Below are positions 1 to 9,393 of a DNA stretch of 64,000 nt, one piece after another. The translations under genes were made by a program, and so were the position numbers. This DNA comes from an uncultured Chloroflexia bacterium (GTDB taxonomy: Bacteria; Chloroflexota; Limnocylindria; Limnocylindrales; CSP1-4). Positions within the stretch are counted from its first letter, which is position 1. Every line of letters begins with the position of its first letter. The DNA is taken from the NCBI GenBank assembly GCA_963789725.1, contig CAWBLU010000003.1, positions 317,473-381,472 of the forward strand, written 5' to 3'. The notes beneath the pieces were generated by a model, which made no database searches, was not told the origin of the DNA, and saw only the letters and a program-made list of their open reading frames with translations.

Positions 1-273
1 TTCAAGCACGTCGAGTCGGGGCCGCTCGTCCGCTCCAGCTACCACGCCCGAGACCAGGTTCCGGATGCCGAGGCGAAGCGCGCGGCGCGGGCCGCCGCGG
101 CTGCCGGTGTGGCCGGCGAAGGGGCGGGCGCGGCCGGCGCTCGGGCGGGCGCGGCCAGCGAAGGGGCGGGCGTGGCCAGCGTGGCCGGCGTGGCCGGCGT
201 GGCCGGCGCTGAGAGCGGCCGGCGAGGTCCGACGATCGGCTCGGATGGCAGGGTCATCTACCGCGCCGACTGA
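1..273 (+). CDS. lipA: lipoyl synthase, C-terminal part (5' end outside window) with Ala/Gly-rich tail
   Basis: Frame 1 is open from base 1 to TGA at 271-273; it is absent from the ORF track because it has no start in the window. It begins FKHVESGPLVRSSYHARDQV, matching the conserved GPLVRSSYHA C-terminal motif of lipoyl synthases. About 65 aa of A/G-rich tail follow, encoded by GTGGCCGGC-like 9-bp repeats. Confidence 0.6.
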   Translation, partial: FKHVESGPLVRSSYHARDQVPDAEAKRAARAAAAAGVAGEGAGAAGARAGAASEGAGVASVAGVAGVAGAESGRRGPTIGSDGRVIYRAD

Positions 274-299
274 GCGGCACGCGTGGGGAGGGAGCGCAC

Positions 300-587
300 A
301 TGGGTCCGACTGCTGAGGTGGGAGCCTGCCTCGGCCTGTCCCCGGACCTAGATTGGCTCGAACGGCTGCCCAAGGTCGAGCTCTATCTCCACATCGAGGG
401 TGCCATCCCGCACGCCGCGCTCTGGCAGCTGATCTGCAAGTACGGCGGCGACCCGTCGGTTCCGGGTCCTGAGCCGCTGCCCGGGCGGTTCATCTATCGC
501 GACTTTGCCGACTTCATCGACCGCTGAATCTGGAAGCAGGGCTTCCTGCGCGAGGTGGCCGGCTACGATGGGATAAGGGCCGGCTAA
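300..587 (+). pseudogene. adenosine deaminase N-terminal fragment (in-frame TGA at 525-527, truncated at ~587)
   Basis: LPKVELYLHIEGAIP is the metal-binding HxH-type N-terminal motif of the adenosine deaminase family. The frame continues after TGA as IWKQGFLREVAGYDG and ends at TAA 585-587. Only about 95 of the expected ~340 aa are present. Confidence 0.6.
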
Positions 588-610
588 GGCGGCCCAGTCA
601 TCCTGGCCGC

Positions 611-1414
611 ATGGATGACGTTCGCGTCGGATCGGTCTTTCGCGCCGTTCGGATCAGGCGCGGGCTTCGCCAGGCGGACGTCGCGGCCGCAGCCGGTGTG
701 TGTCAAACGACAGTGTCGACCATTGAAGGCGGTGGTCTGGAGCGTGTCTCGCTGCGATCCCTTCGCGGAGTGGCCGCCGCCCTCGGGATTTCGCTCCCTT
801 TCGAGCCTCGCTGGCGCGGCGCGGATCTCGCCCGGCTGCTCGACGAGAAGCATGCAGCAATGGTCGACGACGTCGTCCGCACGCTGATCGAGATGGGCTG
901 GATCGTGCGGGCGGAGCACACGTTCAACATTCGAGGCGAGCGCGGGTCGATCGACGTGCTGGGATGGCGACCGATGGAGCGAGCCGTGCTGGTCGTCGAG
1001 GTGAAGACGATGGTCGTCGACCTCCAGGATCTCCTGGCCGCTCACGACCGCAAGAGGCGGCTCGTCGGGCAGATCGCGCGGGACCTCGGCTGGAGCCCGT
1101 TGAGGGTTGGGACGCTGCTCCTGATGCCGGAAGAGACCCAGGCGAGGAATGCGGTCGATCGCTTCCGGTCAGTCTTCGACGTGGCCTATCCCGACCGCGG
1201 CCGAGGCGTCATGCGATGGCTCCGGAACCCGGACAGGGACATGCGGGGCGTGCTGTTCTTGCTCAATAGTGGCCACAGCGGTACTAAGCGGCGGACCGGG
1301 GGTTCCAGACGGGTCAGGGCCAGGCGGCCCCCGCCGAAGCCAGGGCAGTCACGACCACCCGCAGGCGGCCATGTCACCGCTGTATCCGTCGGCGCGGGCA
1401 CCGGCCCAACGTAG
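611..1414 (+). CDS. XRE-type HTH DNA-binding domain fused to a PD-(D/E)xK nuclease-like domain
   Basis: The N-terminus RRGLRQADVAAAAGVCQTTVSTIEGG is a Cro/C1-type HTH. The C-terminal half has GSIDVLGW ... VLVVEVKT, a D...ExK motif. The last ~8 codons run into repeat unit A1, so the C-terminal tail is probably fortuitous. Confidence 0.7.
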   Translation: MDDVRVGSVFRAVRIRRGLRQADVAAAAGVCQTTVSTIEGGGLERVSLRSLRGVAAALGISLPFEPRWRGADLARLLDEKHAAMVDDVVRTLIEMGWIVRAEHTFNIRGERGSIDVLGWRPMERAVLVVEVKTMVVDLQDLLAAHDRKRRLVGQIARDLGWSPLRVGTLLLMPEETQARNAVDRFRSVFDVAYPDRGRGVMRWLRNPDRDMRGVLFLLNSGHSGTKRRTGGSRRVRARRPPPKPGQSRPPAGGHVTAVSVGAGTGPT

Positions 1415-1762
1415 CATTGGTCCGAGCGAAGTTGAGTGGCCGGAGCGGCGTATCGGGCCCTTTGCATCGCCCCGCCCGAAGTTGAGCAACGGGCCCCCGC
1501 CACGCGGCCTCGCCACACGGCCCCGCCACACGGCCCCGGCTACGCGGCCTCGCCACGCGGCCCCCGCCACGCGGCCTCGCCACGCGGCCCCCGCCACGCG
1601 GCCTCGCCACGCGGCCCCCGCCACGCGGCCCCGCCACGCGGCGCGGGCACCGGCCCAACGTAGCATTGGTCCGAGCGAAGTTGAGTGGCCGGAGCGGCGT
1701 ATCGGGCCCTTTGCATCGCCCTGCCCGAAGTTGAGCAACACGGCCCCCGCCACACGGCCCCC
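1391..1762. repeat. nested tandem repeat, left part: 100-bp units A1 (1391-1490) and A2 (1640-1739) separated by 13/14-nt GCCACGCGGCC(TC/CCC) repeats
   Basis: Direct reading: A1 and A2 differ at one base. Positions 1491-1639 consist of units starting every 13 or 14 nt (e.g. 1552, 1566, 1579, 1593, 1606). Confidence 0.9.
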
Positions 1763-3156
1763 GGTCAAGTCCCAGGACGTGTGTAACAACGCGTCACCTC
1801 GCGTCTGATCGATTAGCTCGCCATGAGCAACGCTGTGTCGGCCTCCTTTCCATCGACGACGGCGTCGATGAGCACCATCGACTCCGGTCGGAAGTAGCGT
1901 CGCCCGTCCTGCCACTCGTCGTCCTGCTCGGCGAGGATCATCCCGACCAGCCGGATGACCGCAGCTCGGTTGGGGAAGATGCCAACCACGGCGGTCCGGC
2001 GCTTGATCTCCTTGTTGAGACGTTCGAGCGGGTTGGTGCTGCGGATCTGGCGCCTGTGAGTCTCGGGAAACGTGAAATGGGCGAGGAGGTCCGACTCGGC
2101 ATCGAGAAGCAACTGGGCGACGGTCGGAAAGCGCGGTTCCAGGGAGTCGATGACAGAGCTGAACTGCACGCGGGCGGCCCGCTCGTCGGGTTGCTCGAGG
2201 ACCGACCGGACGGCACTCGCGATCATGCTCCGGGCCGAGCGGGGCACGAGATCCTGGGCGTTGCGGGTGAGATGGACCCGGCAGCGTTGCCAGCCTGACC
2301 CGAGGAGCTGCTCGCGGATGGCCTTGACCAGACCTGCGTGATCGTCGCTGATGACCAGGCGGACGCCGTGGAGGCCACGGCCAACCAGAGAGCGGATGAA
2401 CGCCGGCCAGGCCGACCCCTCGTCATTGCCGGACGAGAGTTCGATCCCGAGCACGCGGCGCTCACCGCTCATGGCCACGCCTGTTGCGACCAGAGCTGCC
2501 ATGGACACGACCCGGCCGGCTTCGCGGACCTTGAGGTATGTCGCGTCGAACCAAACATAGGGATAGGTGGTGTCGTCGAGCGGACGCTTCCGGAAGGTCT
2601 CGACTTCGGCGTCGAGGGTGGCGCAGATGCGGCTGACTTCGCTCTTGGAGATCCCGGTGATGCCGAGGCTTTGGATGAGGTCGTCGACCCGGCGGGTGGA
2701 GACCCCCAGAACGTAGGCCTCCTGGACAACAGCGAGGAGGGCTCGTTCGGCCCGCCGGCGAGGCTCAAGCAGGCTCGGGAAGTAGTTGCCGTCTCGGACA
2801 CGCGGGATGGCGAGATCGATCGTGCCGACTCGGGTGTCCCAGCGGCGATCCCGATATCCGTTGCGGCTGGTCAGTCGGCGGTCGGGTGCTCGCTCGCCCT
2901 TCGGCACCCCTGTGATCTCGGTCACTTCGGCTTCCATCACGCCCTGGGCGAGCAGATGCACGGTCTCACGCAGGAAGTCGCCGTCGCCCTCTTCGATCGC
3001 CTTGCGAACGTTCTCGAGCAAAGCCATGCTGTCGTCGGCCATCGTGGTGTCCCTTTCGTCGTCGGTTTCTCACTTCCAACGACGCGAGGATGACGCGGTG
3101 GCCGTTTCTCTTCACGGCCTACCTGCTGCTGTTACACCAAGTGTGGGGACACGACC
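1763..3156 (-). mobile_element. IS256-family insertion sequence (1394 bp) with 8-bp target-site duplication
   Basis: Imperfect terminal inverted repeats: GGTCAAGTCCCAGGACGTGTGTAACA (1763-) versus the reverse complement of the right end, GGTCGTGTCCCCACACTTGGTGTAACA (-3156). Flanking direct repeat CGGCCCCC at 1755-1762 and 3157-3164. A single transposase ORF lies inside. Confidence 0.85.
1813..3042 (-). CDS. IS256-family (Mutator-type) transposase
   Basis: 409 aa. The N-terminal LRE..HLLAQGVMEAEVTEITG, NGYRDRRWDTRVGTIDLAIPRVRDGNYFPSLLEPRRR and FPNRAAVIRLVGMILAEQDDEW stretches are characteristic of the family. Confidence 0.95.
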   Translation of the reverse strand: MADDSMALLENVRKAIEEGDGDFLRETVHLLAQGVMEAEVTEITGVPKGERAPDRRLTSRNGYRDRRWDTRVGTIDLAIPRVRDGNYFPSLLEPRRRAERALLAVVQEAYVLGVSTRRVDDLIQSLGITGISKSEVSRICATLDAEVETFRKRPLDDTTYPYVWFDATYLKVREAGRVVSMAALVATGVAMSGERRVLGIELSSGNDEGSAWPAFIRSLVGRGLHGVRLVISDDHAGLVKAIREQLLGSGWQRCRVHLTRNAQDLVPRSARSMIASAVRSVLEQPDERAARVQFSSVIDSLEPRFPTVAQLLLDAESDLLAHFTFPETHRRQIRSTNPLERLNKEIKRRTAVVGIFPNRAAVIRLVGMILAEQDDEWQDGRRYFRPESMVLIDAVVDGKEADTALLMAS

Positions 3157-3500
3157 CGGCCCCCGCCACGCGGCCTCGCCACGCGGCCTCGCCACACGGC
3201 CCCCGCCACGCGGCCTCGCCACGCGGCCCCCGCCACGCGGCCTCGCCACGCGGCCCCCGCCACGCGGCCTCGCCACGCGGCCCCGCCACGCGGCCCCGCC
3301 ACGCGGCCCCGCCACGCGGCGCGGGCACCGGCCCAACGTAGCATTGGTCCGAGCGAAGTTGAGTGGCCGCAGCGGCGTATCGGGCCCTTTGCATCGCCCT
3401 GCCCGAAGTTGAGCAACACGGCCCTCGCCACGCGGCCTCGCCACACGGCCCCCGCCACGCGGCCTCGCCACGCGGCCCCGCCACGCGGCCCCGCCACGCG
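3157..3500. repeat. nested tandem repeat, right part: 13/14-nt repeats, unit A3 (3318-3417), 13/14-nt repeats
   Basis: A3 differs from A2 at one base. The short repeats are the same family as at 1491-1639. The array ends 3 nt before the stop codon of the ABC ATPase gene. Confidence 0.9.
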
Positions 3501-3503
3501 CCG

Positions 3504-4376
3504 CTACAGAATCTTCGAGAGGAACGCTTTCGTGCGCTCTTGAGTGGGGGCACTGAAGATCTGGTCGGGCACGCCCTCTTCCACGACGACCCCCTCGTCC
3601 ATCATGACGACGCGGTTGGCCACTTCGCGGGCGAAGCCCATCTCGTGGCTGACCACAATCATGGTCATGCCCTCGCGGGCAAGCTCCTTCATGACTTCGA
3701 GGACTTCGCCGATCATCTCCGGGTCCAGAGCTGAAGTCGGTTCGTCGAAGAGCATCAGGGCCGGCTTCATCGCCAGGGCCCGGGCGATGGCGATGCGCTG
3801 CTGCTGCCCGCCCGACAGCTGGTTCGGGTAGACCTTCTCCTTTGCGGCCAGGCCCACACGCTCTAGAAGGGCTCGGCCGATCGCGATCGCCTCGTCCTCC
3901 GGCGTGCCCCGGACGTGTATCGGCGCCTCGATGATGTTCTCGAGGGCGGTCATGTGCGGGAACAGGTTGAAGCGCTGGAAGACCATCCCGATCTCCTGGC
4001 GCTGGGCCGCGATGTTCTTCTCCTTATCCTCGATCAGCCTCATGGCGCCGGGAGGGCCGCCGCGCTGCCCGATGAGGGGCAGCTTCCGCTGGCCGGCCGG
4101 AGTCTCGCGATAGCCGATGAGGCGGCCGTTCACGAATATGCGACCACTCTGGATCTTCTCGAGGTGATTGATACACCGGATAAACGTCGTCTTGCCGGAA
4201 CCGGAGGGTCCGACCACGACGACCGTCTCCTGCAGCTTCACCTGGATCGAAACGTCCTTGAGGACGTGCAGCCGGCCGAACCATTTGTTGACCTCGCGGG
4301 CGTCGACAACCACGTCCGTCGCCGGGCGCGGAACGCCACCTATTGCCCCGAGGAGATCGCCCTTGATCATGGTCAT
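3504..4376 (-). CDS. polar amino-acid ABC transporter ATP-binding protein
   Basis: Walker [10 protein letters not shown], signature LSGGQQQR, Walker [17 protein letters not shown] overlap with the upstream permease stop. Confidence 0.95.
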   Translation of the reverse strand: MTMIKGDLLGAIGGVPRPATDVVVDAREVNKWFGRLHVLKDVSIQVKLQETVVVVGPSGSGKTTFIRCINHLEKIQSGRIFVNGRLIGYRETPAGQRKLPLIGQRGGPPGAMRLIEDKEKNIAAQRQEIGMVFQRFNLFPHMTALENIIEAPIHVRGTPEDEAIAIGRALLERVGLAAKEKVYPNQLSGGQQQRIAIARALAMKPALMLFDEPTSALDPEMIGEVLEVMKELAREGMTMIVVSHEMGFAREVANRVVMMDEGVVVEEGVPDQIFSAPTQERTKAFLSKIL

Positions 4377-5266
4377 TGTTCGATCGGCGCCCTTAGCGAC
4401 ATCAATCGAGCGGCAAGTCCGGGGTTATTGGGACCTCCGCCGGAGGAGTTGGTGTCTGTGCCGCGCGAGAAACGGCGTTCGATGCGGCTCTGGACGATGC
4501 CCCAGAGGGTCGTCAGGAGCAGATACCACACGGCGCAGGCGGCGAACAACTCGAACGTGGCGTACGAGTGGCCGGCGGATACCGAGAAAGTGTTGTAGAG
4601 CTCAAAGATGCTCAGCGCGCTCAACAGCGAAGTGGTCTTGAGCATGTTGTTGAACTCATTGCCGAGCGGCGGAATGATCACTCGGGCCGCCTGAGGAAGC
4701 ACGATTCGGCTCATGGTCAGGCGGTAAGTCATGCCGAGTGACTTGGCCGCTTCGGTCTGTCCCGGATCGACGGCGAGGATGCCGGCGCGCACGATCTCCG
4801 CCATGTAGGCGCCTTCGTTGACTCCGAGAATGACGATCCCCGCGAGGACCTCCGGCAGGATATCGACGGGACCGGCGACGAAGCTCGGCCACTTGAACAG
4901 TCCCGCGGTTGCCAGGCCATAGAAGAAGAAAGACAGCTGAACGAGCAGCGGCGTTCCGCGGAAGACCCAGATGTAGAAGTTGGCGACCAGCCGGAACGGC
5001 AGGAACTTGGCCATCCTGCCCATGGCGGCAAACACCCCGAGCGTCACGCCGATCAGCTGGCTGATCACTGAGATGCCTATCGTGAGGCCGAGGCCGTTGA
5101 TGATCGCGCTGTTCGGGGTCAGGATCGAATCCCAGAAGAACTCCGGCCTGATGTTGTAGGCGGCCTTTCCGGATGAGCAGCCTGAGACCACCAGTGCGAC
5201 GAATACGAGGCACCCGACGAGCAGAGCTCGCCGGGTGCCGAAGAGTTTGACGAAGGACGCGGTCAT
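4373..5266 (-). CDS. amino-acid ABC transporter permease (His/Glu/Gln/Arg family)
   Basis: Multi-TM protein with the EAA-like loop [23 protein letters not shown]. Start moved to the internal ATG at 5266 (GGGAAAG upstream) to avoid overlapping the SBP gene. Confidence 0.85.
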   Translation of the reverse strand: MTASFVKLFGTRRALLVGCLVFVALVVSGCSSGKAAYNIRPEFFWDSILTPNSAIINGLGLTIGISVISQLIGVTLGVFAAMGRMAKFLPFRLVANFYIWVFRGTPLLVQLSFFFYGLATAGLFKWPSFVAGPVDILPEVLAGIVILGVNEGAYMAEIVRAGILAVDPGQTEAAKSLGMTYRLTMSRIVLPQAARVIIPPLGNEFNNMLKTTSLLSALSIFELYNTFSVSAGHSYATFELFAACAVWYLLLTTLWGIVQSRIERRFSRGTDTNSSGGGPNNPGLAARLMSLRAPIEQ

Positions 5267-5294
5267 CGCGTCGCTTTCCCGTCCGCCCGTATGG

Positions 5295-6263
5295 CTACGA
5301 GCCGGAAGTGCTGGAGACGGCACCGGACTGGACGCCCCACTTGGTGAGGATCGTCATGTAAGTGCCGTCGTCGATCATCTGCTGCAGCGCGGCCTTGATC
5401 GCGTCGCGAAGTTCGGGGTGGTTCTTGGTAACGCTGATGCCCTCGTCGCCGCGCTCGACGGTAAGACTGGGGAGCATCTCGAAGGCTCCGTTGCCGTTGA
5501 CGACTTCATAGCCCGCGACCGGCTCATCGGTGAAGTGGGCAACCACTGTTCCGGCCTGGAGCGCAAGAAGCGCGTCCGTGTCCTGGGAGAAGACCTTGAG
5601 GGTGATGTCCGGCTTGCCGGCCGCCTTGCACTGGGAGTTGAGGCTGTTGGTGGCGTCATAGTCGCCGGTGCCGGAGATATGGTCCGCCTCGACGGTGCCC
5701 TTCTCGGCCGCAACGGCCTTACCGCACAGGTCGGTAACAGCGGCAATGTTGCTCGGATTGCCCTTGAGAACCACGAACGACTGACCTGCGGCGAAGTAGG
5801 GAATCATGTCAACGGCCTGCTTGCGCGCATCGGTAATCGTCTGAGCCGAGACGATGACGTCGCATGAGCCTCCGGTCAGAGCCGGGATGATCGTGTCGAA
5901 GACCGTGGACTTCACGGACAGTTCGAGGCCGAGGCGCTTGGCGATTTCGGCTGCCAGGTCGATGTCGGACCCGACGGCCTTGTTGTCCGCGTCGAGGCTC
6001 TCCTGAGGCGGGTACGCGGTGTCGGAGCACGCGGTCAGCGTGCCGGCCTTGATGAGCTGGTCCGCGGGAACCGTCGGGAGCGCGGCGACAGTGGGGGCGG
6101 CCGACTCGACCATGGCGTCGGTCGGGGCCGCCGTCGGGGTTGCTGGAGCCGCCGTAACCGGTGCGGCCGTGGGAGTGGCTTCAGTCGACGAGCAGGCACC
6201 GGCCGCGATGGCCACTGCAGCGAGGATTCCGGCGATGCGGAATCGATACGAGTTCACGGGCAT
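5295..6263 (-). CDS. amino-acid ABC transporter substrate-binding lipoprotein (SBP family 3)
   Basis: Start at the ATG at 6263, preceded by AGGAGG (6265-6270, minus strand). Lipoprotein signal ILAAVAIAAGACSS. Mature domain is typical of polar amino-acid binding proteins. Confidence 0.9.
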   Translation of the reverse strand: MPVNSYRFRIAGILAAVAIAAGACSSTEATPTAAPVTAAPATPTAAPTDAMVESAAPTVAALPTVPADQLIKAGTLTACSDTAYPPQESLDADNKAVGSDIDLAAEIAKRLGLELSVKSTVFDTIIPALTGGSCDVIVSAQTITDARKQAVDMIPYFAAGQSFVVLKGNPSNIAAVTDLCGKAVAAEKGTVEADHISGTGDYDATNSLNSQCKAAGKPDITLKVFSQDTDALLALQAGTVVAHFTDEPVAGYEVVNGNGAFEMLPSLTVERGDEGISVTKNHPELRDAIKAALQQMIDDGTYMTILTKWGVQSGAVSSTSGS

Positions 6264-6510
6264 TCCTCCTGTCCTCCGGGGCCTCGTACGCCGCATTCCA
6301 TCCCCGTCGACGCGCACGCGGGCCTTGAACGGGCAGCGTAGCCTCAGACGCGAGAGCGCGCAAGGCGATTGGCGCATCGCAGGTTGCGGCAACGTTACGG
6401 TGCGCACAATTCACGGTCCCGACAGGGTCGTGATCGGGCAGGCCACAGGCGGAGTCCCTGCAACCGAGTCGTTCCCAGCGTCGCGTCGTGAAGCCGTTAT
6501 GCTCTGGTAG

Positions 6511-7566
6511 ATGCCCCGCCAGCTGCCGCGCCGTATGCCCCTCGCCGAACTCCATTGCCACCTGGGCAGCGCCGTGACGCCCGCGATCATGTGGGGCATC
6601 TCCCACGAGCAGGGCATCAAACTCCCGACGAAGGACTACTGGGAATTCCGCGAGATGGTGACCGCTTCACCAACGCGTGGCCACTCCTTCGACGGCTACC
6701 TGCACCTCTTCCACTGGACCGAACTGATCCAGTCGTCGCCGCTGGCCATGGAGCGATCCGTCTACGAAGTCGTGGGCGGGGCCTATCGCAAGAACAACAT
6801 CACCACTATCGAACTGCGCTTCAACCCCATGAAGCGAAATCGCGGCGGCGAGCAAGACCTGGACCACATCATCGCCGCGGCGCTGCGCGGCATGGACCGG
6901 GCCAAGCTCGAATATCCGATTCGGCCGGGACTCATCTTCTGCCTGGACCGCGCCTTCCCGTATGACCTCAACGAGATCATCGTCGAGAAGGCGATCGCGT
7001 GGCGCGACCGGGGCATCGTCGGTATCGACATCGCCGGCCCCGAATCGACCACCTTCCGACCAACCGACTACAGCGCCCTGTTCAGGCGGGCACGCGGCTG
7101 CGGGCTCGGGATCACGGTCCACGTGGGCGAGGCCGGGCCGGTCGAAGAAGTCGCCGAGGTCGTGCGCGAGCTGGAGCCGGATCGCATCGGCCACGGCGTC
7201 AAGTCGGCATACGACGTCCGAACGATGGGCATGCTGCGCGAACGTGGCATCGTGCTGGAGGTGTGCCCGACGTCCAATCTGCAGACGGGCGTCGTCTCGG
7301 GCTGGGAGGAGTTCCGCTGGATCTTCGAGCAATTCCGGCGCAACGGCATCCGCTTCGCCATCAGCACCGACGGGCCCGAGATGCTGCGGACCTACATCCG
7401 CGACGAACTCGCCACCCTCGGGCGGCTCGGGATCCTGTCATACGATGAGCAAGTCGAGGCCGCCCAAACGTCGTTGCGCGCCTCGTTCGTACCCAAGGTT
7501 GGCGACGTCGCCGCGGCCGTCCGCGAGCCGGCGACCCGCCGAGAAGTGGAGCGCGAGGAGGCCTGA
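6511..7566 (+). CDS. add: adenosine deaminase family amidohydrolase
   Basis: LAELHCHLGS (HxH), ...ITVHVGE..., ...RIGHGV..., ...FAISTDGP (terminal D) metal and catalytic motifs. Confidence 0.85.
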   Translation: MPRQLPRRMPLAELHCHLGSAVTPAIMWGISHEQGIKLPTKDYWEFREMVTASPTRGHSFDGYLHLFHWTELIQSSPLAMERSVYEVVGGAYRKNNITTIELRFNPMKRNRGGEQDLDHIIAAALRGMDRAKLEYPIRPGLIFCLDRAFPYDLNEIIVEKAIAWRDRGIVGIDIAGPESTTFRPTDYSALFRRARGCGLGITVHVGEAGPVEEVAEVVRELEPDRIGHGVKSAYDVRTMGMLRERGIVLEVCPTSNLQTGVVSGWEEFRWIFEQFRRNGIRFAISTDGPEMLRTYIRDELATLGRLGILSYDEQVEAAQTSLRASFVPKVGDVAAAVREPATRREVEREEA

Positions 7567-7688
7567 CCGCGTGCCTTCGGAACGAGTCGAGCCTACGTAG
7601 GCGGGCACGAGGTCGCAGCCAGACTGATCTGGTCCGTCTTGTTTGGGACTGAACCGAAACGCATACCAGCCAGCCTCAAACCACGATT

Positions 7689-8201
7689 CTATGGTTGGGC
7701 AGGCAGTCCGTCCGGTTCGGCCAGAGGCTCCGTGACAGGACGACCCGATCGACCGCGAAACGAACGGCCAATGACGAGGATGCCAGCCACGAGCATGCCT
7801 GCTCCGATCATTCCCATCGCATTGAGCGGCCCATTCGACCAGACGAAGATCTGACTTACCTCGTCCGCGATCGGCTTCGGGAGCAAGGGCGGATTGCCGT
7901 TGATCTGTGCCGCGAACCGCCAGGTGATCACGGGCAGGAACGCGACAACGGTTCCTACGGAGGAGTAGGTCACCCCCACCAGCATCGAACGCGAGCGCCA
8001 GGCGAGCACACCGAGCAAGAGAACGGCGCCTGCGACCGCGAGCGACCCAAGGGAGAACGCGAGGGCAAGCCCGTTCACGTCATACGACGTTCCGGCCTGG
8101 CGCTGGATCTCGGTCATCACCTGGCCATCGAACCACCCACCCGCATACAGAGCCGCCCCTCCGGTTACGACGGCGATCACCGGTCGATCTGCTTTCGACA
8201 T
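7689..8201 (-). CDS. hypothetical integral membrane protein
   Basis: Four predicted TM stretches. Start placed at the internal ATG (MSKADRP). No recognisable family. Confidence 0.5.
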   Translation of the reverse strand: MSKADRPVIAVVTGGAALYAGGWFDGQVMTEIQRQAGTSYDVNGLALAFSLGSLAVAGAVLLLGVLAWRSRSMLVGVTYSSVGTVVAFLPVITWRFAAQINGNPPLLPKPIADEVSQIFVWSNGPLNAMGMIGAGMLVAGILVIGRSFRGRSGRPVTEPLAEPDGLPAQP

Positions 8202-8312
8202 CTCCACCCTCCCGTCGGTTCCTGTGCCGCTGAATGTCCGCCGGGGGTGGCCTGCTGTCAAGCAGCCGGCAACTCATCAAGTCCGGAGCACGGGCCACTT
8301 CATTCACAGACT

Positions 8313-9212
8313 CTAGGTGTCGAGCGGCTCCACCCGGTAAGTGCAGCTGCGGTCACCCGCGGCGATGCTGCATTCCCGCGTTATGTTCGCGCCGAGTACC
8401 TCGCTGAACAGCTGCAGTTCCTCTTCGCACGCGATCGGGTAGGGGGCCGAGACGCCGGAGATGGCGCAATTGTGCTCGTACAAGCGGATCGTTCCGTCCG
8501 CGTCGCGCGTGGCCCGCCCGAGGTAGCCGGTCTCGTCCTCGTAGATCGCCACCTCGCGGACCCGTTCCCACAGTGAAGCGTCGGCCGGCAGCCGCTCCGC
8601 CAGACGATTGCCGATGCGCGACTTGAGTTGCCGGCGTCGCGCTTCGAAGACGTCTCGGATCAGCTTCTCGCCGCCGATGGTCCGGACCGCGGTCAGGATC
8701 GATTGGGCGAGGGCGCCGTAGTTGGCCGGAAACAGGTCCTGCGCCGCGGTCGTGAGATCGTAGACGTGGCGCGGCCGGCCTACGCCGTGGCGGCTCAGGC
8801 TGCGCGTGACCAGGCCGGCCGACTCGAGGGTCCGGAGCTGTTGCAACACGCCCGTCCGGCTGGCACCGACGCGCTCCGCGATCTGGTCGGGCGAGGCGGG
8901 CCCACCCGTCCGGAGCGCGTACAGGACCTCGCGCCGCAGCGTCGACGAGGCGCCGGGGCCCGGCGTCGGCGTTACCAGGGGAGTGGCCGTTCGAACTCGC
9001 CGCTCCATCATCTGGGCGTCGGTGGCGTGCTCGAAGGCGTGGACATGGTCGTGGTCCGGGCTGCTGCCGTTGCGGTAAGCCGTAGGGCCGACGCTCTGTT
9101 CGACGGCAGTGGCTTTCACAGTCGATGCGGTCGATGGCAGGTCCGACGGTGTTGCAGAATCCCGGTCCATGAGGAGAAAAGTAGCAGCGTGCATCGAAAC
9201 CTGCTCGATCAT
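8313..9212 (-). CDS. winged-HTH (ArsR/SufR-like) transcriptional regulator with Cys-rich C-terminal domain
   Basis: wHTH segment PDQIAERVGASRTGVLQQLRTLESAGLV. C-terminal cysteines: HNCAI, PIACEEE, TRECSIAAGDRSCTY. The start is uncertain; the internal Met at 9011 would give ~232 aa. Confidence 0.65.
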   Translation of the reverse strand: MIEQVSMHAATFLLMDRDSATPSDLPSTASTVKATAVEQSVGPTAYRNGSSPDHDHVHAFEHATDAQMMERRVRTATPLVTPTPGPGASSTLRREVLYALRTGGPASPDQIAERVGASRTGVLQQLRTLESAGLVTRSLSRHGVGRPRHVYDLTTAAQDLFPANYGALAQSILTAVRTIGGEKLIRDVFEARRRQLKSRIGNRLAERLPADASLWERVREVAIYEDETGYLGRATRDADGTIRLYEHNCAISGVSAPYPIACEEELQLFSEVLGANITRECSIAAGDRSCTYRVEPLDT

Positions 9213-9393
9213 GGGGCGGCCTCGTCAGGACTACCGGCGGACGGGATTGGACTCGCTCTCCCGGCTCGATTACCGTACGATCAAGTCTGATGCCCGAGCA
9301 TCGGGCCCGATCCCGACGGAGGAACAGGCCCCGCGAGTCTCGCGGCCGGCCCGGGGCGTCGGCGATCCGCCAGCGGTTGCCAAGGAGCCCACG

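Noticed and set aside
105-215. 9-bp GTGGCCGGC repeats at the window start as members of the GCCACGCGGCC repeat family at 1491-3500
   Set aside because: Unit length and sequence differ, and these are in frame within the lipA coding tail. The similarity is limited to a GC-rich GCCAC/GTGGC core.
525-527. In-frame TGA in the adenosine deaminase fragment as possible recoding (Sec/Trp)
   Set aside because: The reading frame is also truncated at 587 with about 70 % of the protein missing, and no SECIS-like context was noticed. Pseudogene decay is the simpler explanation.
1491-1639. Short regular repeats that could suggest a CRISPR array
   Set aside because: The units are 13-14 nt and directly abutting, with no unique spacers. 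No cas genes are present. This is a microsatellite-like tandem repeat.
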